DNA of 32,896 nucleotides from the IMG/VR virus record IMGVR_UViG_3300020166_000007; one strand, given 5' to 3'. Position numbers and translations under genes: made by a program. The notes below the pieces were generated by a model. The model was not told the DNA's origin. It saw only the letters and a program-made list of their open reading frames with translations, and did not search any database. Below, in pieces: positions 23,461-31,176 of the stretch. Within the stretch, counting starts at the first letter, position 1. Every line of letters begins with the position of its first letter. This DNA is from a virus.

Positions 23461-25089
23461 ATGGCTAGTTTCTTAGATAGATTCAAAAACATTGTTTCTA
23501 AAAGCGCACAAAAAACTCATATAGATTTCAACAAAGCAATCTATAATTATTTAGGTGATACTCTGGTATGGAATCCAGAGAACGATGATACTTACATCGA
23601 CAAGGGCTATCGATACAACGCCACAATCTATTCTATTATAAATTTGATTACTAAGTCAGCGACAAACATTCCTTTCCAGGTCTATGAGGTGCAAAAATCA
23701 AATGATCTAAAAAGATACAAGGCGCTCACCTCTGGAGACTTTAACTCAAACACTATTCTACAAGCTAAGATGCTACAGAAAAAGGCACTAGTAGAGCTAG
23801 AGGATACTGAGCTGCATCAATTACTAGATAGACCAAACCCAGCACAGGGATATAATGCCTGGATTCAAGAGATCATAGCCTTTGGGAAACTTACAGGAAA
23901 CCGATACATCTATGGTATTGGACCAGATACAGGAGCTGGAGTTGGAAAATTTAAAGAACTTTATGTATTGCCATCTCAAAAAGTAGAGATTAACTCTGGC
24001 GGTATTATGGAGCCAGTAAAAGAATATACGCTATCCTACAATGGAACTTATAGAATTGCAGCTGATGAGGTTTGCCATATAAAAGATACAAACCTTTACT
24101 ACGATGGGACAGGATCGCATTTATATGGAATGTCACCTCTAAAGGCTGGACTTAGGGTAATGGATGCTAATAACCAGGCATTGACTACTGGCGTTAAGTA
24201 TTTACAAAATCAAACAGCGAGAGGGATCTTAATGTCTGAGGAGGGCGATTTAAACGAGGTCCAGGCTAAACAGTTAAAAGATAAATTCCGCCAACAATAC
24301 CAGGGCAGCGATAATGCTGGAGACGTAATCATTACTCCTAAGAAACTTTCGTGGGTAAATTTTGGGCTTAATGCCTCTGATTTATCGCTCATAGAACAAT
24401 ACAACGGAACTATAAAGGATCTATGTAATATTTACAATGTACCAGTACAGCTGCTAAACAATACTGAAAGCACTACTTACAACAATATGAAAGAGGCTAA
24501 AAAGGCACTCTATCAAAATGCTGTTATCCCAGAGCTTAATAAAATTAGAGATGAGCTGAATAGATGGCTTGCTCCACAATATGGCGATAAGATTTATATA
24601 GACTTTGACTACTCAGCTATCCCAGAACTCCAGGAGGAAATGGATAAGGTAGTTGGACAGATGAGCCAAGCCTGGTGGATCACGCCAAACGAGAAGAGAG
24701 CCGCTATGTCTTATGGTTTAGATGAGGAAAATGATAAACTAAATGACTACTATGTCCCAGCTAATTTAATGCCCATTAATGGTGATATTATTCCAGAGGC
24801 GGCTGATAAGGGTTTGGATTTAGATATATCTAAACTATTTAAAACCGCTGTAATTAATACAGTTGACACTTACACTACTATAGAGGAGGCTCAAGCTAGA
24901 GCAATCGAAATGGGAGGCACTGGGTATCACGAGCATTTATTTAACGGCTCGACAGTCTTTATGCCATTTGCAACTCACGCTGAATATGAGGCAGCTAAAA
25001 ACAACCGCCTAGATGAGTTCTATGCAGCTCAGAGACGTGATGAGGGATATAATGAGGATATAGATTTTGACTCTATAGAAACAAAATAA
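23461..25089 (+). CDS. Portal protein with a C-terminal extension of about 100 aa
   Basis: 542 aa, positioned after TerL with a portal-like core. The C-terminal extension contains GGTGYHEHLFNGSTVFMPFATHAEYE. Confidence 0.75.
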   Translation: MASFLDRFKNIVSKSAQKTHIDFNKAIYNYLGDTLVWNPENDDTYIDKGYRYNATIYSIINLITKSATNIPFQVYEVQKSNDLKRYKALTSGDFNSNTILQAKMLQKKALVELEDTELHQLLDRPNPAQGYNAWIQEIIAFGKLTGNRYIYGIGPDTGAGVGKFKELYVLPSQKVEINSGGIMEPVKEYTLSYNGTYRIAADEVCHIKDTNLYYDGTGSHLYGMSPLKAGLRVMDANNQALTTGVKYLQNQTARGILMSEEGDLNEVQAKQLKDKFRQQYQGSDNAGDVIITPKKLSWVNFGLNASDLSLIEQYNGTIKDLCNIYNVPVQLLNNTESTTYNNMKEAKKALYQNAVIPELNKIRDELNRWLAPQYGDKIYIDFDYSAIPELQEEMDKVVGQMSQAWWITPNEKRAAMSYGLDEENDKLNDYYVPANLMPINGDIIPEAADKGLDLDISKLFKTAVINTVDTYTTIEEAQARAIEMGGTGYHEHLFNGSTVFMPFATHAEYEAAKNNRLDEFYAAQRRDEGYNEDIDFDSIETK

Positions 25090-25095
25090 AAGCAT

Positions 25096-25512
25096 TTGCA
25101 AATCCAGGATGTACATAACCTAGAAAAATCAATTGTCACATTATTCAATCTCGATGGCTGGGATTTACAGTGGTGTGGTGGCGGTTATGATCATTATGAT
25201 GCAAAAGGAAAGACGCCAAATGGTAGTAATTGCGTGATAGAAATGAAATTCCGAAACAAATACTATAATACTAAAATCTTAGAAAAATACAAATATGATC
25301 AAATAATGGCTTTGCCAGATGATGTGATTAAATTGTATTTTGTAGATGACCCTAAAGCCAACTATCTATTCTGGTTAAATGATTTAACTATTCCAGGGAT
25401 TAAAGAGATTGAATGCCCTAGCACTACTCTATGGGATCAAAAAAAGAAAACTAAAGAGCTGTATTTGCTTAATGAGTCCCAGGCGATTGTTATAAATAAA
25501 AACCAGGAATAA
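25096..25512 (+). CDS. Small putative PD-(D/E)XK-fold nuclease (138 aa, non-ATG TTG start)
   Basis: The motif YDHYD...(16 aa)...VIEMKFR fits D...E-x-K. The first in-frame ATG lies inside this motif, so a TTG start at 25096, 7 nt after the portal stop, is needed. Confidence 0.4.
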   Translation: MQIQDVHNLEKSIVTLFNLDGWDLQWCGGGYDHYDAKGKTPNGSNCVIEMKFRNKYYNTKILEKYKYDQIMALPDDVIKLYFVDDPKANYLFWLNDLTIPGIKEIECPSTTLWDQKKKTKELYLLNESQAIVINKNQE

Positions 25513-27119
25513 TGTTACTAAAAAAAGCTAAAGAATCCTGGAAAAATAACTTTGATAAAGTTCTGGCTAGTGCAGAGCGTAAAGAGTTTGCTAATGCTAG
25601 ACGCTACTATGAGGGTGAGTACCTTAAAGCAATAGATGATTTTTTAAACACTAGGAAAGCCACTGGATTTGATGGGTTATTTAGATTAGCCGATTTATCT
25701 GAAATATATCGCCAGGTCTATGTAAACATAGGACTCAAGTTTGCAAAATGGTATTCTCAAAACTTTGATAAGGTAATATCTAAGCAAGTGGATGTAACTG
25801 GCTATGATGATATTTGGGCGGAGCGTTTTAACAGAGTCAGCCAGCAAATAGCAGCCGAGAGAGTAACACTAGTCCAGGGGACTGCTAAGGCTACTCTAGT
25901 GAATGTATTCAAACGTTTATCCTCAAATCCAGAGTTTATGACTATGGGTGAACGTGAAGGCGGAAAGTTATTACGCCAGAAGTTTAGCCAATACAGCAAA
26001 AGCCAGGCAGAAAGATTAATCAGGACTGAGTCAACGAATGCTGCTAATTATGCAACGCTACAGAGCGCAACTGATATGTTTGGACAGGAAAGTTTACAAA
26101 AGGAATGGATGACTTCAGTAGATGGCAGAGAGCGTGCAGCTCATAGGTTTGCAGATGGGCAAATAGTAGGTTTTAAAGAAAGGTTTTTAGTAGGTGGCGA
26201 ACAGTTATTCCATCCTGGTGATCCATCTGGAAGCGCCAGAAATGTTGTCAATTGTAGATGCTCTACAGCGCCTTTCCCTAAACCAGAGGCTCAAGCTACA
26301 GGAACTATCCAGGGATTTGGAATAAGACCTCCAGGGCAAGGTATTGGAACTCAGCCTACAGGACCATCAACTCAAAGCGTACTAAGAACTCCTAAGCCAG
26401 TTCGAGAGGTTGTGGAGGAGGTTAAACCTAAGAAGCCACAATTCTATCCAGAGGAGTTAGATAGAATGATTGAGGATGGGTATTTAGTAGGAAATACCGA
26501 ATACTTAAATTTATTAATTGAGCCAGTTAAATTAATTAGAGTGAAAGGTGAATCTGAGCAATTAGCAAATATTATAAAAATTGGAGTTAATAGATTTAAA
26601 CCAGGCTCTAAAACGTTTAGTAATGTTTTAAGTCACGAATTTGGTCACGCTATACATAACCAAAGAAATTGGGCTGTCTTTAATCCTTTTGACAAAAAAA
26701 ATCCAATTGTAGATCCTATAGTGAAAAAATACTTTAATAAATGGCAAAAAATGCTGGGACACAAAAAAGGAAGAGATATTCAAAGAGCTATTCGTAATAA
26801 ATATCATCCTGGGAAATTAGAATATGATTTTGAGCGATTAAAAAAAGAATTTCCAAATTTAAGTTTAAATGAGATTAGAGAATATCACGGATCTATGGCA
26901 GATTTTTTTGGCGCACTAACTAAAAACAGATTAGGCGGAGGACATTCAAATTTTTATTACAATCAAAGGGGTGTTTATGGGCAATATTCAGAGGTTTTAG
27001 CGCATACTTTTGAAAATTACTACGATGTAAATCCAATATTTAAAAAGTATTTTCCTGAGCTATTTGAGGAAACTAAAGAATTAATGAGAGAACTTTTAAA
27101 ACAAGTAGATGGAATTTGA
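25512..27119 (+). CDS. Head morphogenesis protein (Mu F / SPP1 gp7 family) fused to a C-terminal HExxH zincin-like domain
   Basis: 535 aa. The MuF core is AERLIRTESTNAANYATLQS...EWMTSVDGRERAAHR...PGDPSGSARNVVNCRCS. A P/G/Q-rich linker follows. The C-terminal domain carries SHEFGHAIHN, with HEFGH at 26634..26648. Confidence 0.75.
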   Translation: MLLKKAKESWKNNFDKVLASAERKEFANARRYYEGEYLKAIDDFLNTRKATGFDGLFRLADLSEIYRQVYVNIGLKFAKWYSQNFDKVISKQVDVTGYDDIWAERFNRVSQQIAAERVTLVQGTAKATLVNVFKRLSSNPEFMTMGEREGGKLLRQKFSQYSKSQAERLIRTESTNAANYATLQSATDMFGQESLQKEWMTSVDGRERAAHRFADGQIVGFKERFLVGGEQLFHPGDPSGSARNVVNCRCSTAPFPKPEAQATGTIQGFGIRPPGQGIGTQPTGPSTQSVLRTPKPVREVVEEVKPKKPQFYPEELDRMIEDGYLVGNTEYLNLLIEPVKLIRVKGESEQLANIIKIGVNRFKPGSKTFSNVLSHEFGHAIHNQRNWAVFNPFDKKNPIVDPIVKKYFNKWQKMLGHKKGRDIQRAIRNKYHPGKLEYDFERLKKEFPNLSLNEIREYHGSMADFFGALTKNRLGGGHSNFYYNQRGVYGQYSEVLAHTFENYYDVNPIFKKYFPELFEETKELMRELLKQVDGI

Positions 27120-27297
27120 AAAACTAAGAAATAAATATTTAGAAAAACATCCTGATAGTGAGGATCCAATTAACTATACATATCAATTCGGTTTTGATTT
27201 TGTAACAGATTTTTTAAAAAATGCTAATGATAGAGAAATAGCTTACCAGGATGATCCATTTATGGCTGATGATGGAGGATCACTCATTTATTTATAA
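27109..27297 (+). CDS. Small acidic protein (62 aa), translationally coupled to the MuF-zincin gene
   Basis: ORF overlapping the upstream gene by 11 nt. No motif recognised. Confidence 0.5.
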   Translation: MEFEKLRNKYLEKHPDSEDPINYTYQFGFDFVTDFLKNANDREIAYQDDPFMADDGGSLIYL

Positions 27298-27302
27298 TTA
27301 AT

Positions 27303-27310
27303 TAAATTTG
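27303..27310 (+). promoter_or_regulatory. -7 box TAAATTTG, 4 nt from ATG 27315
   Basis: Reads TAAATTTG-CAAT-ATG. Confidence 0.4.
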
Positions 27311-27314
27311 CAAT

Positions 27315-28007
27315 ATGAACACAATCATTTATAAATCAACCCAGATAGGCGAGCTGTTAGACGCTGACACCTCCGCTGGAGTTGTAAAGGGATATGGATC
27401 TGTTTTTGGTAATGTCGACAGTGATGGCGATATAATCAATAAGGGAGCATACAAAAAGACAATCCAGGAAAACGCTAAGAGAGTTAAATATTTATATCAG
27501 CACGATATGGATAAGCCTCTAGGCAAAATGGTACACCTGGAAGAGGATGACAAAGGTTTAGTTTTTGAGGCGCATATACCTAAAACACAATTAGGGAAAG
27601 ATGTCGTTGAACTTATGAAGGCTGGAGTAATCACTGAAAACTCAGTGGGAATATTGCCTCTACAAAAAGAAATGGGACACGATGGATACAGACACCTCAA
27701 CGAAGTAAAACTCTTTGAGATTAGTGCCGTAACATTAGCAGCGAACGACCAGGCAATGATAATGGATGTAAAAGGTAATATAGATCCAGAAAAAATTGCT
27801 AAAAGGTTCGATAAAATGGCTCAATTAATCAGAAAGGGAGAGATCTCAGATGATTTGGGATACGCCCTGGAGGCGGAAATACTAAAGCTAAAATCTATTT
27901 ACATAAATGTCACTCAGCCGACCGATATTGAAGTCACTGAGCCGATTGTAGTAAAGGCAGACAATAGCGAAATTTTTAAATATTTGTTTAACACTCTAAA
28001 AAAATAA
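27315..28007 (+). CDS. Prohead maturation protease, HK97 family (S78)
   Basis: 230 aa. The motifs are VKGYGSVFGNVDSDGDIINKGAYKKTI, YQHD..KPLGK and EISAVTLAANDQA. Confidence 0.8.
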   Translation: MNTIIYKSTQIGELLDADTSAGVVKGYGSVFGNVDSDGDIINKGAYKKTIQENAKRVKYLYQHDMDKPLGKMVHLEEDDKGLVFEAHIPKTQLGKDVVELMKAGVITENSVGILPLQKEMGHDGYRHLNEVKLFEISAVTLAANDQAMIMDVKGNIDPEKIAKRFDKMAQLIRKGEISDDLGYALEAEILKLKSIYINVTQPTDIEVTEPIVVKADNSEIFKYLFNTLKK

Positions 28008-28009
28008 AA

Positions 28010-29215
28010 ATGGAGGATAACTTAAAAAAAGAACTTGATCAGATCGGAAACATAGTTGATGAGAGAATCGAGAAAGCATTTAACCAGGCTAAAGATAACG
28101 CCAAAGGTGAAATGGAATCATCTCTAAAATCAGAGATTGATAACTTGACTACACAGTATGTAGAGAAGAGCGAAGCTCTTAACAAGAGAATGGATGAGAT
28201 GGAAATGGCTGCAAAGAAAACTATTTCTGGAGCTACTCCACAGACATTTAAATCAGCTATCCATACAGCTTTAAAAGATGGCGCAATTGACGCAATGCTT
28301 AAAGGTAATGCAAACGCTGCTCGCTTTGAAGTAAAAGCTGATATGAGCCTTGGTGCTGATGTTACTGGAGTAGTTGCTGGAGAAACTATCGTGGATCAAA
28401 TCAAATACGATCCTAGTCGTTCAACTCATATTCGTTCTTTGCTTTCTTTAGGATCAACAGATGCTCAAACTATCCGTTATCCAAAAGAGTCTGCTTATAG
28501 CGATAACGCTGGAACTACTGCAGAAGCCGCTGCATTTGGACAGTCAGATTTTGATCTTGCTGCTTCAACTGTAAACGTTGAGAAAATTGGTACTTATATG
28601 AGAATCACTGGAGAGATGTTGGATGATATCAAGCAATTGACTTCTTACCTTTCTGCTAGAGTTCCAGAAAAAGTGCTATCTGTAGAGGATAACCAGATCT
28701 TAAATGGGGATGGATCATCACCAAACTTAGATGGATTATTCACTGACGGAGCTGCATTTGCCGCTGGAGGATTTGCGAACGCTATTGAGTCTGCTAATGA
28801 GTTTGACGTGCTTACAGTTGCTTTAAACCAACTTGCATTGGCTAACTACCAGGCTGATACTATCGTATTAAACCCAACTGATTTACACAAAATGATTTTG
28901 TTGAAATCTACTGCTAATGAGTATTTGAGAAATCAAATCTTTAGCGGTTTACAACCAACAATCAACGGAATCCCTGTAACACTTAATACAGCCGTTACAG
29001 CTGGAAAATTCTTATGTGGAAATTTACGTCAAGCGTCTCAGCTTTGGATTCGTGAGAATCTAGCTGTAGAGTTTAGCCGTGAGGATTCGGATAACTTCCA
29101 AAAGAATTTCGTGACTGTACGTGCAATGGAGAGAGTAGCTTTAACTAACTACCTACCTAATGCAATTGTACAGGGAACTTTCTCAACTGCTAAAGCTGCT
29201 TTAGAGACTGCATAA
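28010..29215 (+). CDS. Major capsid protein, HK97 fold
   Basis: 401 aa. It has an N-terminal coiled-coil delta-like region, follows the protease, shows HK97-family-like sequence and is followed by a strong terminator. Confidence 0.85.
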   Translation: MEDNLKKELDQIGNIVDERIEKAFNQAKDNAKGEMESSLKSEIDNLTTQYVEKSEALNKRMDEMEMAAKKTISGATPQTFKSAIHTALKDGAIDAMLKGNANAARFEVKADMSLGADVTGVVAGETIVDQIKYDPSRSTHIRSLLSLGSTDAQTIRYPKESAYSDNAGTTAEAAAFGQSDFDLAASTVNVEKIGTYMRITGEMLDDIKQLTSYLSARVPEKVLSVEDNQILNGDGSSPNLDGLFTDGAAFAAGGFANAIESANEFDVLTVALNQLALANYQADTIVLNPTDLHKMILLKSTANEYLRNQIFSGLQPTINGIPVTLNTAVTAGKFLCGNLRQASQLWIRENLAVEFSREDSDNFQKNFVTVRAMERVALTNYLPNAIVQGTFSTAKAALETA

Positions 29216-29260
29216 TAACAGTTAATACAGCTCATTTAATAGTGAGAATTTTATTTAATA

Positions 29261-29289
29261 GGGTAGCCTTAATTGGTTACCCTTTTTTT
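29261..29289 (+). terminator. Rho-independent terminator after the capsid gene
   Basis: GGGTAGCC-TTAATT-GGTTACCC forms an 8-bp stem followed by T7. Confidence 0.7.
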
Positions 29290-29369
29290 ATGCTTTATAA
29301 AATAATTTCCCCATAAATTTGGAATTTCCAAATAAATCTGTAAATTTGGGGAAACAAACTTTAAATATT
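29290..29369 (+). promoter_or_regulatory. Promoter/operator module, copy B (paralogue of 14289..14367)
   Basis: It has -7 boxes TAAATTTG at 29314 and 29341. A perfect 17-bp palindrome ATTTGGAATTTCCAAAT lies at 29317..29333. It is flanked by TTTCCCC (29307) and GGGGAAA (29348). The leader is GAAACAAAC. Confidence 0.55.
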
Positions 29370-29534
29370 ATGAAAAAATTAGTACAAAAAATTACAAACT
29401 CAACTGAGTGGATTGTATTGGCTGAGATGTCAAAAGCAAAGATTTTATTAGGCGCATTTGCCGTAAATGTAGCTGGCTTCTTTTTTATGTATGCCATACT
29501 AGATGTTATTTTATTTATCAACTACGACCTATAG
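29370..29534 (+). CDS. Small membrane protein (54 aa)
   Basis: I moved the start to ATG 29370, because the track start at 29319 lies inside the operator. The hydrophobic C-terminus is ILLGAFAVNVAGFFFMYAILDVILFI. Confidence 0.45.
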   Translation: MKKLVQKITNSTEWIVLAEMSKAKILLGAFAVNVAGFFFMYAILDVILFINYDL

Positions 29535-29537
29535 ATT

Positions 29538-29684
29538 ATGGATTTGCAGCAAAAGGTAAGGGTTGTCTTGATAATAGGGTTTATCGCCTGGGGGTTTTCC
29601 CTGGGCTTTAGATTCCAGGCTTTGTGGGATGCTCTTGTAATGTTTATTTTATCATTTGTTTTATACCGATATAATAATGGATGA
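29538..29684 (+). CDS. Small membrane protein (48 aa), not in the track
   Basis: The product is MDLQQKVRVVLIIGFIAWGFSLGFRFQALWDALVMFILSFVLYRYNNG, with two hydrophobic segments. Its stop overlaps the next start (ATGGATGA). Confidence 0.4.
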   Translation: MDLQQKVRVVLIIGFIAWGFSLGFRFQALWDALVMFILSFVLYRYNNG

Positions 29685-29811
29685 GCCTTACGATTTTTAT
29701 TTAAACAGCATTAGAGACCTGACTGACAAAATGAATGCAGTAGATTATATGTATCTTAGTGAAAAGATATGGGATTTTACAGAAAGATTAGACGAAATTA
29801 AAAAACGATAA
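29677..29811 (+). CDS. Small acidic protein (44 aa), not in the track
   Basis: The product is MDEPYDFYLNSIRDLTDKMNAVDYMYLSEKIWDFTERLDEIKKR. It is coupled to both neighbouring ORFs. Confidence 0.35.
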   Translation: MDEPYDFYLNSIRDLTDKMNAVDYMYLSEKIWDFTERLDEIKKR

Positions 29812-29812
29812 T

Positions 29813-29935
29813 ATGGAATTTTACGACCACACACCGCCAGATGATTACGAGGGAGGCTATTGCAGAGTATGTGACCGCCCTAGTTATGGTGACGACATTT
29901 GTAGCGCTACTTGCTTTGAGGCTTATATGCTATAA
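29813..29935 (+). CDS. Small Cys-rich (CxxC...CxxxC) protein (40 aa), not in the track
   Basis: The product is MEFYDHTPPDDYEGGYCRVCDRPSYGDDICSATCFEAYML. It starts 1 nt after the previous stop and is followed by a terminator. Confidence 0.35.
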   Translation: MEFYDHTPPDDYEGGYCRVCDRPSYGDDICSATCFEAYML

Positions 29936-29960
29936 ATACTTTGTTTCATTTTGATAGGGA

Positions 29961-29991
29961 AACCCTGGATTTAACGTCTAGGGTTTTTTTT
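29961..29991 (+). terminator. Rho-independent terminator
   Basis: AACCCTGGA-N7-TCTAGGGTT forms a 9-bp stem with one G-U pair, followed by T8. Confidence 0.65.
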
Positions 29992-29992
29992 G

Positions 29993-30000
29993 TAGCTTTG
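29993..30000 (+). promoter_or_regulatory. -7 box TAGCTTTG, 4 nt from GTG 30005
   Basis: TAnnTTTG-ATAT-GTG has the same 4-nt layout as three other genes. This supports the GTG start. Confidence 0.35.
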
Positions 30001-30004
30001 ATAT

Positions 30005-30379
30005 GTGGATAATAATCAACAAGGCTGTTTGGCGGAATACTTATTCGCCACTGAGTGTATGAAAAGAAACTACCAGGTCTCTATGCCTTTGATGGACTCA
30101 TCACTTTATGACTGCATCGTGGATACAGGAAAACAACTACTAAGAATACAAATAAAATCATCCGCAAAAATTCCAGAAAATGATAGACTCAGTAATGTAC
30201 ATATTCCGCTGCAAAATAATAAGCGCAACTACACTAAAGAAAAGATTGACTACTTTGCTGTCTGGTCTGATTTTTTTAATGGTTGGTTTGTTTTTAAAAA
30301 TACTGGAGATATGCAATCAATAAGAGTTTCAATAACAGGTAAGAATAAGAAATTTTTTAATAACTTTGCATTTGAGTAG
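30005..30379 (+). CDS. Stand-alone PD-(D/E)XK endonuclease (Hjc/PDDEXK-like), GTG start
   Basis: 124 aa. GCLAEYLFATECMKRNYQVSMPL..SLYDCIVDTGKQLLRIQIKSS matches the G..aE....l...G..V..P....YD.iv......RiQVK pattern. The gene has its own promoter box and terminators on both sides. Confidence 0.6.
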   Translation: MDNNQQGCLAEYLFATECMKRNYQVSMPLMDSSLYDCIVDTGKQLLRIQIKSSAKIPENDRLSNVHIPLQNNKRNYTKEKIDYFAVWSDFFNGWFVFKNTGDMQSIRVSITGKNKKFFNNFAFE

Positions 30380-30418
30380 AAATTTTTTCTATTTCATAGT
30401 TTGTTTGGTTTCACTAAA

Positions 30419-30449
30419 AGCGTCACAATTACAGTGGCGCTTTTTTTTT
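30419..30449 (+). terminator. Rho-independent terminator
   Basis: AGCGTCAC-AATTACA-GTGGCGCT forms an 8-bp stem with one G-U pair, followed by T9. Confidence 0.7.
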
Positions 30450-30456
30450 ATCTTTG
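30449..30456 (+). promoter_or_regulatory. -7 box TATCTTTG
   Basis: Matches TAnnTTTG, 16 nt upstream of ATG 30473. Confidence 0.4.
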
Positions 30457-30472
30457 TTGTAAATAATATATT

Positions 30473-30670
30473 ATGAAGATAAAAATCATAAAAGACGTTT
30501 ATTCTGGATCAGGATGGCGCAAAGAAGGCGACATTATAGAAGTAGATCCAAAGATCGGTCGCCACTATTTAATCAGGGGCATAGGAGTGGAATACAAAGA
30601 GGAAAAAATAGTCAAAGAAACTAAAGAGGCTAAGACTCCAAAAAAGCGCATAACTAAAGCTAAGAAATAA
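30473..30670 (+). CDS. Hypothetical protein (65 aa) with a Lys-rich C-terminus
   Basis: First ORF of the head-tail joining operon, coupled by TAATG to the next gene. Confidence 0.5.
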   Translation: MKIKIIKDVYSGSGWRKEGDIIEVDPKIGRHYLIRGIGVEYKEEKIVKETKEAKTPKKRITKAKK

Positions 30671-31176
30671 TGCACGACATTAAAATCAACTCTACGACTG
30701 GTAGCGAATTAGTTACTACTCAGGAGGTAAAAGACTTTGTCCGTATTGACACCAGCTCAGATGATGCAATCATAAGTAGAATGATTGTCACTGCTAGAAT
30801 CTGGTGTGAGAATTACATAGGCAAGGACATAGTTGCTAAAAATAGAACGTTTTATTTGCAGGAGGTTGATGACAGATTTACGCTACCATTTTCGCCAATA
30901 GCTTCTATTAGCTCAGTAACTTCCAAAAATACTGCAATAGCTTTTGAGTCCTATGGATTAGATGATACTATTATTGAAATAGGATCACTCCCAGCGGATG
31001 AGGTCAAGGTGACTTATATTACTACAGGGATTTCAGATGATTTAATCAAAGAGGCTATTTTGCATTTGGTTTCAACTTACTACGATAATAGAGCGGATTT
31101 TATTGAGGGCAATATAAGTGAAATACCTACCAGCGCAAAAAACATTTTGCAATCCTATAAAACAATGTATTTTTAA
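30670..31176 (+). CDS. Head-tail connector (gp6-like, Phage_connect_1 type)
   Basis: 168 aa. ELVTTQEVKDFVRIDTSSDDAIISRMIVTARIWCENYIGKDIV is the typical N-terminal signature of this family. Confidence 0.65.
   Translation: MHDIKINSTTGSELVTTQEVKDFVRIDTSSDDAIISRMIVTARIWCENYIGKDIVAKNRTFYLQEVDDRFTLPFSPIASISSVTSKNTAIAFESYGLDDTIIEIGSLPADEVKVTYITTGISDDLIKEAILHLVSTYYDNRADFIEGNISEIPTSAKNILQSYKTMYF

Noticed and set aside
30004-30012. A perfect DnaA-box consensus (TGTGGATAA, i.e. TTATCCACA on the minus strand) at the start of the endonuclease gene, tempting to link to the DnaA-domain-IV-like protein.
   Set aside because: A single 9-mer match is roughly what chance allows in about 65 kb of two-strand A/T-rich sequence. 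There is no cluster of boxes here or near the iteron region.
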